In this document: positions 1 to 8,550 of the stretch, in pieces
How positions within the stretch are numbered: position 1 is the stretch's first letter
Layout of the letters: each line of letters starts with the position of its first letter
Origin: a virus
Taxonomy: Duplodnaviria > Caudoviricetes
DNA: 64,000 nucleotides
Virus record (IMG/VR): IMGVR_UViG_3300020046_005360
Strand: one strand, 5' to 3'
Notes under the pieces: generated by a model
What the model was told of the DNA's origin: nothing
Seen by the model: the letters and a program-made list of their open reading frames with translations, nothing else
Databases searched by the model: none
Translations under genes and position numbers: made by a program

Positions 1-105
1 ATCTGGAACAAATTGAATTGAATGGAAGAATTGTACTATTTCTCCATTTGATGCCATTACATTTGGGGTAGTAGCTAATAATTTAGCTATTTCTATACGT
101 TTCAT
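1..105 (-). CDS. hypothetical protein, N-terminal part (runs off window)
   Basis: ATG at 103-105 overlaps the TAA of 105..419 (TAATG); open frame MKRIEIAKLLATTPNV... to the window edge. Confidence 0.6.
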   Translation of the reverse strand, partial: MKRIEIAKLLATTPNVMASNGEIVQFFHSIQFVPD

Positions 106-419
106 TAATAAATTTCGTATTGTGGTTTTAGTTTTATTCTATCTTTTGGAATAAATTTATTAGCAGCTATACAATTGTCCAACCATTGTCTTTCTTCCCA
201 AGTTACTAAATGTACTGCTCTTTCACCCCCTATATATGGTGTTGTAGCGCTTCTATATTCCCATTTACCATCCATATTACTAATACATGAACCTTTAATT
301 CTTTCCAAATCTATGTCTCCACGACCATCCTTATCTGGTCCTTCATTTTTGGTTATTAAAAAGGTGTCACCTTTCATAATTTTGTAATATTCTCCAACTA
401 TTAAGTCTGTTGATTTCAT
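105..419 (-). CDS. small hypothetical protein, C-terminal PxYEIY family
   Basis: 104 aa ORF ending KPQYEIY*. Confidence 0.8.
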   Translation of the reverse strand: MKSTDLIVGEYYKIMKGDTFLITKNEGPDKDGRGDIDLERIKGSCISNMDGKWEYRSATTPYIGGERAVHLVTWEERQWLDNCIAANKFIPKDRIKLKPQYEIY

Positions 420-421
420 AA

Positions 422-673
422 CTAGTATATTTCGTATTGAGGTTCGTCAAAATAAAATTCCAAATCACATTCTAAAAATCCACTTTGGGGTCTTTTCATA
501 CTACTCCCCAATACTATTTCATATTGCTCTATTCTAACAATATAAGCAAATTTTTGGGATTTTATAGAATTCGTTATTAATGAACAACGTTCTAATGATG
601 TACCTACTGATTTAGTAGTAGGTATTTTGACTTTATCCCCAACTTTAAATTTTTTCATCTTCTTTCCACTCAA
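422..673 (-). CDS. small hypothetical protein (SH3/KOW-like N-terminus), C-terminal PxYEIY family
   Basis: KFKVGDKVKI N-terminus; ends EPQYEIY*; true start probably the second Met. Confidence 0.75.
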   Translation of the reverse strand: MSGKKMKKFKVGDKVKIPTTKSVGTSLERCSLITNSIKSQKFAYIVRIEQYEIVLGSSMKRPQSGFLECDLEFYFDEPQYEIY

Positions 674-1390
674 TTAATGGGCAATTATTTTTATAAATAT
701 TATAAATCATATCAGATACGATTTGTATTCCGTGCCAAATTTTACTAGCAACATTTTTAATGAAATTCCAAATAATGTCAAGAAAGTTAAAGAATATACT
801 ATTGATAAATAAGTATTTCCATATGTGATAAAAACCAACAACAAATACAACTATATTACCAACATCTAATAATAATTTACCCAATAATTTCCAATCAATT
901 GGTCTCCATTCTATACTCCATATAAGAAAACCAACAACTCCTAATAATGAAGTAAATAAAACACCTATAAGTACAAGATCCCAATCAACATCTAGTTTCT
1001 TCTTATATATTGGTTTATGTTGTTTACATAAATCATATATTTTATGCCATATATCATCAGATATAAATCCTGAGTATATCCTCCACTCATTAGAATTATA
1101 TAATATGTATGCTTCTTCTGGTGTTAAATCTCGATTACAATATTCGAGAAATTTGGATTTACGTTTTTGGTATTTGTCTTCTTTACGTTGATAATTCCAT
1201 TTATAATATTTTGATGATAAATTACCAAATAATTTTAAAATTACCATAAATGGTAAAAGTATAAAAGTAATTATTAGTGACCAAAAATAAGGACACATAT
1301 TTTTATACTTTTTGGTAGGATCTACGTCATATAACCACTTATATAACTTTACATGCCAAGCATCTTTTGAGAACGAATACAAGTTTTCAT
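645..1390 (-). CDS. hypothetical multi-pass membrane protein
   Basis: Three hydrophobic segments; ORF track starts at TTG 1382, and an ATG at 1388-1390 is out of frame by one base (possible A-run deletion). Confidence 0.7.
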
Positions 1391-1420
1391 AATCTTAATT
1401 GTTTTTTATTAATTTATTTT

Positions 1421-1453
1421 GTAAATATACGAATTCCATTCTTAAAATCCTAA
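1421..1453 (-). promoter_or_regulatory. early/middle promoter (TTCGTATATTTAC)
   Basis: Intergenic gtaaatatacgaa on the + strand; the motif recurs upstream of many genes. Confidence 0.7.
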
Positions 1454-1656
1454 AGGACTTCAAGAATTTTTGTTTCTTTAATACTTACAACCTTAAAATC
1501 TAGGTTTGTTCCTTCATCAACAAATTTTTTAACTGTAATGGTTTCGGCATCTAAACAACTAATTGCGGAAACAATATATTGTTCATTTTGTTTTTTTAAC
1601 TTACCCTTTTCGTCTTCAGATTTTACTTGGACATTTACTTGGAAATACTTGTTCAT
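1450..1656 (-). CDS. DUF4494-like protein
   Basis: YFQVNVQVKSEDEKGKLKKQNEQYIVSAISCLDAE pattern resembles the Bacteroidota DUF4494 repeat. Confidence 0.6.
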   Translation of the reverse strand: MNKYFQVNVQVKSEDEKGKLKKQNEQYIVSAISCLDAETITVKKFVDEGTNLDFKVVSIKETKILEVL

Positions 1657-1673
1657 TTTTATTTAGTTTTAAA

Positions 1674-2041
1674 TTATTTTGTGTATTTTTCTACGATTGC
1701 TCTAATTGTATTATCTACGTTTCCTTTAATATTGGAAACGATAAGTTCTCTTTCGATAGTTTTAACATCAATAACATGTTGGGGTTTATCCACATCATCT
1801 ACATAAGTCCTGCCGTTATAGTGTTGACTTAAAGTTAATTTTGGGTGGACCAATTTATATTCTTCTTCTAATGAAAGTTCGAATGCTTCCCTTTTTGTTC
1901 AATCTCTTTATTTACTTCTTTTTTTAGAAGACATAATTCTTGATATTCTTTTTGTTCAGGAGAATCTTTTTTACTCTCTTTAATTTGATCAACGATAGTT
2001 TCTACTACCGCATCCAATTCATATTTGGATAATTTTGCCAT
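1674..2041 (-). pseudogene. hypothetical protein interrupted by a -1 frameshift (A-run at 1892-1896)
   Basis: MAKLSKYELDAVVETIVDQIKES...EIEQK continues as REAFELSLEEEY...IVEKYTK* if one A is added; may be a sequencing error. Confidence 0.6.
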
Positions 2042-2063
2042 AATCTTTGTTTATATTTAATTG

Positions 2064-2318
2064 TTAATAAATTTCGTAATTAGGTTCTACGTTTTGTTTT
2101 AATATTTCTGTTTGGAATTCTTGGAATGTTAAAACGTTTCCTTTAGGTCTTGTATAATATACATCCCCAGGTTTAATTCCATAAATATAATAATATGATA
2201 TCGCGGGGTCAGTTTGGTACATTTTGTTATTACATACATTACCCCAATTTTCATCAAACCACTTACTAATAATAAATGCTTCTTCTTTATTTCCAGGTTT
2301 AATACACCACATTTCCAT
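2064..2318 (-). CDS. small hypothetical protein, PxYEIY family
   Basis: MEMWCIK...LTFQEFQTEIL...EPNYEIY*; paralog of 2321..2611. Confidence 0.8.
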   Translation of the reverse strand: MEMWCIKPGNKEEAFIISKWFDENWGNVCNNKMYQTDPAISYYYIYGIKPGDVYYTRPKGNVLTFQEFQTEILKQNVEPNYEIY

Positions 2319-2320
2319 AA

Positions 2321-2611
2321 TTAGTATATTTCGTAAGTTGGGTTAATTTCTTTTCCTAGAACCAATTCTTTGAATTCATCAAATGTTAATTCTCTATAGT
2401 CAGAATGATCAAAATCCTCTCTATTTCTACTTATAGAATTAGTATTACTAAATCCATGTCCTATATTTTTATATCCAGGTTTTAAAATATTCTCACTATA
2501 ACAGTATCCACTGTAGGATGAATAAATACTATTATTAGGATCTAATTTATTCATAAATTCGTTTACTACATCACCATTTTCATATGTTCTTTTTATACAC
2601 CACTTTTCCAT
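2321..2611 (-). CDS. small hypothetical protein, PxYEIY family
   Basis: MEKWCIK...LTFDEFKELVL...NPTYEIY*. Confidence 0.8.
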   Translation of the reverse strand: MEKWCIKRTYENGDVVNEFMNKLDPNNSIYSSYSGYCYSENILKPGYKNIGHGFSNTNSISRNREDFDHSDYRELTFDEFKELVLGKEINPTYEIY

Positions 2612-2629
2612 AACTTTATTATTTATATT

Positions 2630-2660
2630 GTAAATATACGAAATTTTATTTGAAAATCAA
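2630..2660 (-). promoter_or_regulatory. early/middle promoter
   Basis: Minus strand TTG...TTCGTATATTTAC upstream of 2611. Confidence 0.7.
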
Positions 2661-2661
2661 A

Positions 2662-2988
2662 CTATTCTTCATCTTTAATAGAAAATACTATCTTTTCGAA
2701 ATTGCGTACTCTAGCAGCTATTTCGTATTTCTGGTTTTTAACAAAGTAATTCTTCATCTCCATGAAAGCATCTCCCCACTCCTTTTCATATATAGATAAA
2801 AATTCAACATCATCATCTGATTCTGTAATTTCTATCCTATATATGTCTACAGTTTGGACTTCTTGTTTAGATTTCCATGATTTCTCTAATTTATCTAAAG
2901 TATATAAATGGACTTCTTCTTCACTTTCTTCATAAAAGTCGAACATATCATCATAGTCTCGAAACTTTAATAGTTTTAACTTTCCCAT
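2662..2988 (-). CDS. hypothetical protein
   Basis: 108 aa ORF; C-terminal YFVKNQKYEIAARVR is UVR-like and similar to 5577..5879. Confidence 0.7.
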   Translation of the reverse strand: MGKLKLLKFRDYDDMFDFYEESEEEVHLYTLDKLEKSWKSKQEVQTVDIYRIEITESDDDVEFLSIYEKEWGDAFMEMKNYFVKNQKYEIAARVRNFEKIVFSIKDEE

Positions 2989-3349
2989 TCTTTAATATTT
3001 TTGTTGTTGTAGCATCTTCTGGAAAACGACCATTGTGATATTCAGTTAGATCTAATTCAATTTGTTCAATTCTTTGCTTATCTTCCTTCGTTACACGTTT
3101 TTTACGTTCACTTCCTTTCGTAATATATTTTTTATTTAAAGTATCTAATTCTTTTAATAACTTTTCTGAGAAAGCATATTGAGGATCATCTATTTCTACG
3201 CTTAATGGAGTATGTTTAGATATATTTAAATCCCATTCCCATTTATATCTTGTTCCGTCTTTGTCTTGGAAATGCTGAGTGTATTTAAGTATTGGTGTTA
3301 TATTCTCAACTGGGCGACCTTTATTACTACTCTTACTAATAGATTTCAT
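2951..3349 (-). CDS. hypothetical protein
   Basis: 132 aa ORF in the operon. Confidence 0.7.
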   Translation of the reverse strand: MKSISKSSNKGRPVENITPILKYTQHFQDKDGTRYKWEWDLNISKHTPLSVEIDDPQYAFSEKLLKELDTLNKKYITKGSERKKRVTKEDKQRIEQIELDLTEYHNGRFPEDATTTKILKNGKVKTIKVSRL

Positions 3350-3632
3350 AATTTGGTTCGTAATTCTGTTTAGTTACATCGAAAGGTTTACCTAATTCAT
3401 CGTATTTAGCAATTTCTTGAGGAGTTGCGTAACGCCAATCTTTTAAAAATTTGGATTTATCAAAAGACATGACTTCATGTCCATTCGTATTAGTTCCAGA
3501 CATATCAATTACTGGGTATATACCATAATTATCTATTCTTTGTTTAAAACAATAGTTTGTCCTAGCACAATTATAACCATCAAATTCATCTTTTAATTTC
3601 AATGTAACTATATAATCGTCTTTTTTAAACAT
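3336..3632 (-). CDS. small hypothetical protein, PxYEIY family
   Basis: Contains WRYATPQEI; ends EPNYEIY*. Confidence 0.8.
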   Translation of the reverse strand: MFKKDDYIVTLKLKDEFDGYNCARTNYCFKQRIDNYGIYPVIDMSGTNTNGHEVMSFDKSKFLKDWRYATPQEIAKYDELGKPFDVTKQNYEPNYEIY

Positions 3633-3641
3633 AATTTTTAT

Positions 3642-3866
3642 TTAATAAATTTCGTAATTAGGTTCATAATTTGGTATTTCTTCTGGTAAAGCCCACCTAA
3701 ATGAATTTTGATGTAAACTAAACTCGTCACTTATTCCTTCATTATGTAATCCTTTGGAAGAAATTATAGCTCTATCTCCTCTCCAACTTATAACTTCACA
3801 AACACGACCAATATTTTCTGGATATGTTCCCCAACCTCCTTTTGTTATTACTATATATTCTTCCAT
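3642..3866 (-). CDS. small hypothetical protein, PxYEIY family
   Basis: Contains FRWALPEEI; ends EPNYEIY*. Confidence 0.8.
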   Translation of the reverse strand: MEEYIVITKGGWGTYPENIGRVCEVISWRGDRAIISSKGLHNEGISDEFSLHQNSFRWALPEEIPNYEPNYEIY

Positions 3867-3868
3867 AA

Positions 3869-4102
3869 CTAGTATATTTCGTAATTAGGTTCTAAATAAC
3901 CCCATTTAGTTAATAATATATTCGCTTTATCTCCACAATATTTACCTTCCAATGTTTGGTATAATCCGTATTCTAAACTATAATTAATAATATATACTAA
4001 TTCATCATAGTCAGATGTTTTAGGTATATTATCCATAGTATAATTGGAACCGTAGTGTTTATCGTAATTTCCCATATTTATCTCCTTTTTATATAATCCC
4101 AT
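3869..4102 (-). CDS. small hypothetical protein, PxYEIY family
   Basis: Ends EPNYEIY*. Confidence 0.75.
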   Translation of the reverse strand: MGLYKKEINMGNYDKHYGSNYTMDNIPKTSDYDELVYIINYSLEYGLYQTLEGKYCGDKANILLTKWGYLEPNYEIY

Positions 4103-4589
4103 CTATGTCCAAATGTTATGAACCCACTCAATTTATCTTCGGGTTTCCATCTAAATATTTCTTGGTCATATCTTTTATCTAATGTTGTTCTTAAACCTAT
4201 AAAATAATGTTCACCTAACCTTTGTTGGATACCAGCCTCTAAACCATAGTTTATTCTAAAAGCACCATCACGATCTACTTTAGCCATTCGAGCTCCAGCA
4301 TATATTCTAGTTTTTCAAATAATCCTAAAGTAGTATTCAATCCAATAGCACCATGAATATCGAAATATCCTCCAGTTAATGCTCCAAAACTTTCAAATCC
4401 CATTTTAGCATAAACATATCCTACATATTCAATCTCTCCCACTATATCTAATCCACCTTCTTTATATGATGCAAAGGGATCAATATGGGTACTTATAGTA
4501 AAATATTCTTTGTCCGAAAAATGTATAAAACTTTGTTTCTGTGCGAATAAACTATTACATAGTAATAGTAATAGGATTAATTTTTTCAT
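4078..4589 (-). CDS. putative outer-membrane beta-barrel protein, split by a -1 frameshift at 4311-4315
   Basis: Signal peptide MKKLILLLLLCNSLFAQ; alternating G/aromatic beta-strands; ORFs 4275..4589 and 4078..4287 join as FEKTRIYAGARMAKVD if one A is added. Confidence 0.6.
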
Positions 4590-5059
4590 AACTGTTTTTG
4601 TTTTACAATTTCAATTAATTTCTTTAAGCATTCAAGTTCTGCTTCTTCTTCATTAGAATTATCATACCCATCCCATTCAATTTTATCTCTTAAACCTCCT
4701 CTATACTGGTCAAAAGAATAAATTCTGTAACCAAATTCAAGTATTTCAAAATGGTCTTCTTCTGTTGAATAGAGTCTTTGAAAAGGTACACAAGGTTCTA
4801 TAACTAAATCATACTTCTCTCTAAACCATCTAAATACTTGTGAGAAAGTTGGTTTTGAAATATAATATTCATCTTTTAAAAATTTTCTAACTTCTTCACC
4901 TTCAGAGTTTTTATAACCACTATAACTTGATTGTCCACAAAACGTAATATAATCGTTTATTTTACTATTGTAAGTGAAAGTTGCTCCGAAACAAGGTTCA
5001 TCAAACCCTAATTCTTTAAGTGCTAATGCTTGTTCGTAAGGTATAAACTCATTTTCCAT
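4586..5059 (-). CDS. hypothetical protein, ALALKELGFD family
   Basis: Paralog of 27700..28068 and 25878..26237 (shared N- and C-terminal motifs). Confidence 0.8.
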   Translation of the reverse strand: MENEFIPYEQALALKELGFDEPCFGATFTYNSKINDYITFCGQSSYSGYKNSEGEEVRKFLKDEYYISKPTFSQVFRWFREKYDLVIEPCVPFQRLYSTEEDHFEILEFGYRIYSFDQYRGGLRDKIEWDGYDNSNEEEAELECLKKLIEIVKQKQL

Positions 5060-5087
5060 AACTAATCATTTTATTACTTTATATATC

Positions 5088-5100
5088 GTAAATATACGAA
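5088..5100 (-). promoter_or_regulatory. early/middle promoter core
   Basis: TTCGTATATTTAC upstream of 5059. Confidence 0.65.
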
Positions 5101-5130
5101 ATAATATATAATATTTTTATTCCCTAACAG

Positions 5131-5154
5131 AAAAAGGTCTCTTTTCAGAGACCT
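5131..5154 (-). terminator. intrinsic terminator
   Basis: AGGTCTC/GAGACCT stem followed by a U-run on the minus strand. Confidence 0.7.
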
Positions 5155-5179
5155 AATGAATTAATAAAAACAATTATAA

Positions 5180-5584
5180 TTAATCAAATGTACCAGGGTA
5201 TAATTTCTGAATAACGTTATATAAATCATCTGGAGTTCTGATATAAATTTCATCTCCATTATCGTTGGTTAAGAATTGTTCATTACCAGATTCATCTAAT
5301 CTTTCATAAAAAAAGAATGCAATTAACTGATATATATCGGGTCCATAACTTAGTAGTAGTATTTCATCTATTATAGAGTAGAAGGGGTCTTCATATGAAG
5401 ATAAATCTATATTAAATTGTGATTGAAGCATTATTGATTTAAGAAGTGCTTCATCATATTTTTTAATAATAGATATGAATTGAATCTTCTTTTGATTTTT
5501 TGCGTTACGTTTTTGTCTTCGCACGATGGTTTCACCACCTAATAGGCTTGTAAAACCATATTGAATGTCTTGTTTATCAATCAT
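5180..5584 (-). CDS. hypothetical protein
   Basis: 134 aa ORF. Confidence 0.75.
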   Translation of the reverse strand: MIDKQDIQYGFTSLLGGETIVRRQKRNAKNQKKIQFISIIKKYDEALLKSIMLQSQFNIDLSSYEDPFYSIIDEILLLSYGPDIYQLIAFFFYERLDESGNEQFLTNDNGDEIYIRTPDDLYNVIQKLYPGTFD

Positions 5585-5879
5585 TACTTTCTAATTTAAT
5601 TAATAAATCTCTAATAGTTGAACATCTTGGATAATCTTCTTTCAACAAGTAGTATTTTTCCAATGTTTCTAATGTAACTTTATATGTTTTTTGAGGGATT
5701 ATAACTTGGTATTCCTGCACATAACAAAAAACACATTCTTTCTTGTTTTTATTTACAGCTACTTCTATATTTGGTAAAAGTTTATCATAAATAACTTGTT
5801 GAACAGAATCCATCGCTAATCCCTTCACTATTACGTCAAGATTCTCACTTGCAAAGGTAACTGTGGGGATGTTTGCCAT
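5577..5879 (-). CDS. hypothetical protein
   Basis: 100 aa ORF with UVR-like C-terminal EDYPRCSTIRD. Confidence 0.7.
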   Translation of the reverse strand: MANIPTVTFASENLDVIVKGLAMDSVQQVIYDKLLPNIEVAVNKNKKECVFCYVQEYQVIIPQKTYKVTLETLEKYYLLKEDYPRCSTIRDLLIKLESND

Positions 5880-5882
5880 ATT

Positions 5883-6236
5883 TTAACGACTTAAGATTGC
5901 TTTAATAAACGGGAAAATACTTCCCACAGGAATATTCATTTTTACAGAAGTATTACCTTCTTTACCTTCTTCTGCATTAAGTTCAAGTTTATACTTTGCG
6001 AATTTAGGTCCTAATGAAGTCATAAGACTGTTTTGAAGTGTTTTAATTTCTTCATCAGATAGATTATAAATCATATTTCCTTCTGGATTGACAGGAACTA
6101 ATTCAAGATTAATTCCATTTTTATCAACATCTAAATTGACTTGGAATGTTTCTCCATTTAGGTTGACTTTATATTGTAAATCTCCTCCATCTTCTTCTAA
6201 CATTAATTGTCTTAATGATGTGTTTATATGCGCCAT
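5883..6236 (-). CDS. hypothetical protein, possibly virion-associated (N-terminal LRQLMLE motif)
   Basis: Preceded by the late-type motif ATATTTATA at 6250-6258. Confidence 0.7.
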   Translation of the reverse strand: MAHINTSLRQLMLEEDGGDLQYKVNLNGETFQVNLDVDKNGINLELVPVNPEGNMIYNLSDEEIKTLQNSLMTSLGPKFAKYKLELNAEEGKEGNTSVKMNIPVGSIFPFIKAILSR

Positions 6237-6257
6237 ATTATTATTTTTGTATAAATA

Positions 6258-6875
6258 TTAATTATAATAGTCTAATCTATTTCTTTTTATTTCTCTATTT
6301 ACTTTACTACACAAAGGTTGTAGGTTAGAGAAATGGTTCAATTTATAAATATCTTCTTCTGTATTTATAGAACTTAAGGGAATTATATGATCTATATCCC
6401 AAGTTTTATTAAATTCGAATATCCCATCTTTAGGATAACCTCTATTATTCCAAGTCATCCAAGATTCGAATTTAGATTCTAAATGTAATTTAAATTCTTC
6501 AAATGAACAACATAATATATCTTCAGTACATTTTGATTTAATACAAGATCCATTTAAATAATTTTTGAAACTACTAAGTATTGATGATCTCATATTTTGT
6601 TTTAATTTATATAAATGATCATTTTCCCTTTTATTTTTTTGATAATCATTATGATGTCCCGGATTAAGTTTATTCCATTTTATATTAGTTTTTTTAAAAT
6701 AATCCCTATTTATATTATAATATTCATTATTATATATTTTAGTAATATCCTTTTTACTATCATTATGTTTCTTTTTACAATTTCTGCATTGAAAATTAAA
6801 TCCGTCCTTTTTGGCTCGATTAATACAAAAATCACTAAATTCTTTTAACTCACCACACTTACTACATTTCTTCAT
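6258..6875 (-). CDS. HNH-family homing endonuclease with N-terminal Zn finger
   Basis: CxxC...CxxC; FESWMTWNN...WDIDHIIP...LNHFSNLQPLC. Confidence 0.85.
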   Translation of the reverse strand: MKKCSKCGELKEFSDFCINRAKKDGFNFQCRNCKKKHNDSKKDITKIYNNEYYNINRDYFKKTNIKWNKLNPGHHNDYQKNKRENDHLYKLKQNMRSSILSSFKNYLNGSCIKSKCTEDILCCSFEEFKLHLESKFESWMTWNNRGYPKDGIFEFNKTWDIDHIIPLSSINTEEDIYKLNHFSNLQPLCSKVNREIKRNRLDYYN

Positions 6876-6975
6876 ATCAAATAAAAAGGAGAAATTAAAG
6901 AAAACTACCTCGTCCGTAGTGAATCCTTAAAATCTCCTATATAATTTCTTTATTGGTAGGACGAGTACCGTTTGA
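6876..6975 (-). ncRNA. structured 5' leader RNA with kissing loops (copy 1)
   Basis: GGUA[CUCGUCC]UACC and ACUAC[GGACGAG]GUAGU hairpins with complementary loops; outer AGGAGA/UCUCCU stem; same architecture at 33682-33780. Confidence 0.7.
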
Positions 6976-7002
6976 TATAAATATATAAGGAGAATGGAAA
7001 CA

Positions 7003-8121
7003 TTAACTTACTTTAATTAAATCATTAATACTATTATTAATATTATTAACTTTTATTTTAAAAATATCGATTTCATATTCTTCACCTTTATTAACGTTAT
7101 TTAGGATGTTTTGGAGATTCTTAATAATTTCGAAATTATTATTATCCAAACGCAAACCATCGAATTTAATTACAATATCTTCACTTACTTCATCATCAAT
7201 ATGTTTTAATTTATATTTTATGGGAAATATTGTTGTTGGTTGTTCTTTTTCATAATAACTAGTTGTATCTATGTTAGTATATATCCCAAGACACCATGGT
7301 TCTAATACTTCTAATAATTGTTCTGTACAATTTTCAACAATAAACCCAATATCAAATTTGTTTTGTGAATTCATTGAACCCCATTTTCTCAAATAAGTTC
7401 TATTTGAATTACGTTCAATTTGTTGAGTTTTTGTTTTAGCTTCTTCACTAAATCTACTAGTTTTAGATACAAAATGATAAACAATTGAATCTAATGATGT
7501 AAAACAAGTTAATCCTTTTAATTTAAGACGTTTAATTAAATCATCATCTTCCGAAAAATACGGATTGAATATATTATCAAATCCTCCAATATCCAACAAG
7601 ATTTGACGAGAAAGACACATAAAAAATGAAACTCCATCACTAGTACCGTTTTGGTATTTAATTCTTTCTTGACTAGCGAAAGTATAGAAATCTTGACTAA
7701 ATGTCTCTATATCTGTACCAAAATCTTCTATAATTTTACCTGGTCTTTCGTGGTCTACGAATATTGGTGGTTCTATTGTAGTATAACTTATTACTCTGTC
7801 TTTATGAGTGTATTTTTCTAAATTTTCTAAAAAATTAGGAGCAACAACCATATCATTATGAGCAAATACTACGAAATCTTTAGTAGCAATTTCTATTGCT
7901 TTATTATATGTGTCCGAGAATGTTTTCCCTTCCTCCTCAAAAAATGTAATAGTATTAGGGTCATTTAGATTAAATAACCAAGAATTAGTTCCATCAGTAC
8001 TTCCATAAGAAACAAAAACCAACTCTTGAGTTGGATAGATTTGTCTAAACGTATTATAGAAATGTTGTGAGTATTCTAAGTTATTTTTAAGTCCGACTAG
8101 TGTGCTTATATTATTCCTCAT
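7003..8121 (-). CDS. glycosyltransferase family 2
   Basis: GSTDGT, FAHNDMVV, GGFDNIFNPYFSEDDDL, VYHFVSKTSR motifs. Confidence 0.85.
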   Translation of the reverse strand: MRNNISTLVGLKNNLEYSQHFYNTFRQIYPTQELVFVSYGSTDGTNSWLFNLNDPNTITFFEEEGKTFSDTYNKAIEIATKDFVVFAHNDMVVAPNFLENLEKYTHKDRVISYTTIEPPIFVDHERPGKIIEDFGTDIETFSQDFYTFASQERIKYQNGTSDGVSFFMCLSRQILLDIGGFDNIFNPYFSEDDDLIKRLKLKGLTCFTSLDSIVYHFVSKTSRFSEEAKTKTQQIERNSNRTYLRKWGSMNSQNKFDIGFIVENCTEQLLEVLEPWCLGIYTNIDTTSYYEKEQPTTIFPIKYKLKHIDDEVSEDIVIKFDGLRLDNNNFEIIKNLQNILNNVNKGEEYEIDIFKIKVNNINNSINDLIKVS

Positions 8122-8365
8122 ATAATTTATAACTATTTCCTAACATTAATAATAAATTAGCGCAATCCGCTATATGTTCTTTAATTAATTTATATTCATT
8201 ATCGTACATAGCATTAACTAATTTATCTTCATGATATTTTAATTCTTTCAATATTTCTCTAGGATCGATAAAGTCTTCCCAATCCCCTTTATGAGAATTG
8301 TCAATTAATTCTTTTTGCATCTCTAGTGCAAAATTATATACTTTATCTTGCATAATTAAGACCAA
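8111..8365 (-). CDS. MazG-like/all-alpha NTP pyrophosphohydrolase-like protein
   Basis: NSHKGDW...EHIADCANLLLML. Confidence 0.5.
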   Translation of the reverse strand: MVLIMQDKVYNFALEMQKELIDNSHKGDWEDFIDPREILKELKYHEDKLVNAMYDNEYKLIKEHIADCANLLLMLGNSYKLYEE

Positions 8366-8550
8366 ATTTTGGATTTTCTATTTTTAGGAACAGCGGGAGG
8401 AGGTGGGAGTGCCTTTTTTCTAGGAATAGTACAAAAATTTTTTATATTTGTTTTTGTACTACCTTCAGTCAAATTTTTATATTCAATTTTACTACATTCA
8501 CACTCACATCTTCTTTCACCACATCTACTACAAGGATCATTCCAACTCAT
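8356..8550 (-). CDS. small Cys/Pro-rich hypothetical protein
   Basis: CSRCGERRCECEC and PPPP; overlaps both neighbours. Confidence 0.55.
   Translation of the reverse strand: MSWNDPCSRCGERRCECECSKIEYKNLTEGSTKTNIKNFCTIPRKKALPPPPAVPKNRKSKIWS

Noticed and set aside
105-4102. YEIY-encoding 3' ends as a CRISPR array or attC-like DNA repeat
   Set aside because: Spacing is irregular and gene-sized, there is no palindrome, and variation is synonymous, which fits peptide-level conservation.
6876-6975. HNH leader RNA as an IscB/omega-type guide RNA or hammerhead ribozyme
   Set aside because: The protein lacks RuvC/PLMP features, the RNA has no evident variable guide segment, and there is no CUGAnGA/GAAA core. 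Function left open.
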